Shown: positions 62,427 through 64,000 of the stretch, piece by piece
How positions within the stretch are numbered: position 1 is the first letter of the stretch
How the letters are laid out: each line of letters opens with the position of its first letter
Source: an uncultured Verrucomicrobiae bacterium
Lineage (GTDB): Bacteria; Verrucomicrobiota; Verrucomicrobiia; Chthoniobacterales; JAFAMB01
Length of the DNA stretch: 64,000 nt
Reading direction: 5' to 3'
Assembly (NCBI GenBank): GCA_963782115.1
Contig: CAWAIK010000001.1
Span: 160,001-224,000 of the forward strand
The notes under the pieces: model-generated
Told to the model about the DNA's origin: nothing
Database searches by the model: none
Seen by the model: the letters and a program-made list of their open reading frames with translations, nothing else
Program-made: the position numbers and the translations under genes

Positions 62427-63254
62427 CTACTCGGATGCGGAGGGCGGAGCCAAGACCTCTGTCAGACCCTCTGGAGTGAATTCGCGATCGGTATAGGTCA
62501 CATCGTGTCTGATTCGGGAGCCATCCAAATCGGTCACAGAATCTTTTCGGGGACCGCGTACTGTCAGATCGGCAGGAATCGGACGGCCTTTGTCGTCTGT
62601 GACCACACGGACGGTATCAATGCGGCGCGCCAGTTGGCCCGAGGGCAGGTATTTTTCCACGCGAAGCGGGACGAGTCGGTGGAGGTCAATCCAACTGCGG
62701 ATGCTGCCGTAACTAGAAGGCTCAACCTTGTCAGGTCTCGACTCAAGGATGAGGCAACTCACACGGTTCAGGCTCTCGGTGCCAACAATTGCCTGGTTTT
62801 CCCATCCGAAGAAGTTCTCAATGACATCCCGATAAGATAGGTCACTGCCGAACAAGGCCTCGTTCATTTGCGAGGCGGTCAGAGGGCGCGGCTTGTCAGG
62901 CGGTATGAAAAGAAAACCGGTCGGAGGGGCACCATCTGCTTTGTGTAAGAGGACGGCCTCTCCTTTCCGCTCTTTGGGCCAAAGCACCTGGTAAACAAGA
63001 TCGGTGGCTGTCTTCGTGTGGCGCTCCTTGATCTGAAGTTGAAGCGTTATCTTCGTGGTCTCGATTGGCTGTTTCACCTCAAGGCGCAGACGCACGTAAG
63101 ACGCGCCATCCTGCAGCGCGGAAAGGCCGGCTGCGAGATCCTTGGCCGAGATGGCAGCCGGCTCACTGTCGGCCGCGCCGGCCGAGGAAATCAGGAATGC
63201 GAGGCTAAGCGTGGCGGCAGTAACGCGCAAGATCTTCGAATGCAGCAGATGCAT
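62427..63254 (-). CDS. Outer-membrane lipoprotein-sorting (LolA-like) protein
   Basis: Signal peptide; LFGSDLSY.D, C.ILES.P, Y..IRSWID...VPLRVE; follows an FtsX/MacB permease. Confidence 0.75.
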   Translation of the reverse strand: MHLLHSKILRVTAATLSLAFLISSAGAADSEPAAISAKDLAAGLSALQDGASYVRLRLEVKQPIETTKITLQLQIKERHTKTATDLVYQVLWPKERKGEAVLLHKADGAPPTGFLFIPPDKPRPLTASQMNEALFGSDLSYRDVIENFFGWENQAIVGTESLNRVSCLILESRPDKVEPSSYGSIRSWIDLHRLVPLRVEKYLPSGQLARRIDTVRVVTDDKGRPIPADLTVRGPRKDSVTDLDGSRIRHDVTYTDREFTPEGLTEVLAPPSASE

Positions 63255-63272
63255 GTTTTTTGATGTTAAAAT

Positions 63273-64000
63273 TCAGGCTTGTAAGGCCTGGCTTGGCGTG
63301 AGCCGGGAACTGCGCCATGCAGGATAGAGCCCACTGATGACGCCTACGGCGACAGCGATCGCCACAGAGATTGCCAGAAGGCTGATGCTGAGGTCCGGCT
63401 CCAGGAGTCCGCGGATGGCGCGCATCGCTCCCAAGACCTTCACGCCAACGGCACCTATCAGCACGCCCGCTACGCCGCCGAGCAAGCCGAGCAGAGCCGA
63501 TTCCCACAACACCATGCGAATGATGCGCCCACGTTTCCAGCCTAGTGCGAGTAAGACGCCAATTTCCTGGGTGCGCTCAAACACGGTCATCAGCATCGTG
63601 TTCATCACGCCGAGCACACCGACGAACACCGCCAGCAGAGAAGTGGCCCAGCTCATGGCCTGTGCGATGCGGTATGCCTCGCTGTTGCTGATATGCTCGC
63701 TGGCCACCACGGCGCGTCCTTCCGGGACAAGCCTGTTGATCTCCTGGCAGAGACGCTCCACATCCTTGGCATTTGTGGAGGGCGTGACGCGGATGTCGAT
63801 AATGTTAATCTTGTCGGGGTTCCCGGTGATTTCTTGAAAGATTGGCAAAGCGAGAATAACCGAGCCGTTTTCCACCCATGCGTTGCCATCGACGATCCCG
63901 ACCACGGACAATTCGTCCGTCTCAATCTGGATCTTATCGCCGACCTTTTTCTTAAGGACATCCGCCGCATTGAGACCAAGGACGACGGCCTTCTCTGTGG
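63273..64000 (-). CDS. MacB/FtsX-family ABC permease, 5'-truncated by the window edge
   Basis: VMNTMLMTVFERTQEIGVLLALG and GLYPAWRSSRL.P motifs; the frame is open to the window end. Confidence 0.92.
   Translation of the reverse strand, partial: TEKAVVLGLNAADVLKKKVGDKIQIETDELSVVGIVDGNAWVENGSVILALPIFQEITGNPDKINIIDIRVTPSTNAKDVERLCQEINRLVPEGRAVVASEHISNSEAYRIAQAMSWATSLLAVFVGVLGVMNTMLMTVFERTQEIGVLLALGWKRGRIIRMVLWESALLGLLGGVAGVLIGAVGVKVLGAMRAIRGLLEPDLSISLLAISVAIAVAVGVISGLYPAWRSSRLTPSQALQA

Overview
64 kb of a moderately GC-rich bacterial chromosome. The intergenic repeat types and gene set suggest a soil PVC-group bacterium such as a verrucomicrobium; this is inference only. Ordinary content: three sugar ABC transporter loci (two with ATPase-permease fusions), a TPR / alpha-2-macroglobulin / PBP1C operon, an ADH / amidohydrolase / DUF59 trio, a SNF2 helicase plus partner, many hybrid histidine kinases, and several deletion-damaged pseudogenes. 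The most striking structure is at 3.8-6.8 kb: a ~357-bp MITE with IS4-like terminal inverted repeats (TIRs) and an 11-bp target duplication, sitting in a GTCAGT tandem repeat. Its left TIR is interrupted by an IS110/IS1111 element whose 630-bp non-coding end contains a readable bridge-RNA target loop that spells exactly the 14-bp TIR target. Its interior holds an RT-deleted group II intron whose EBS1 matches a REP-like palindrome. A second copy of the MITE (27.5-29.8 kb) carries an IS1634. Also present: a signal-peptide protein built of ~39 near-identical 13-aa repeats with mostly synonymous variation, and two paralogous unannotated 75-aa proteins. All calls were made by eye from motifs; no database searches were run.
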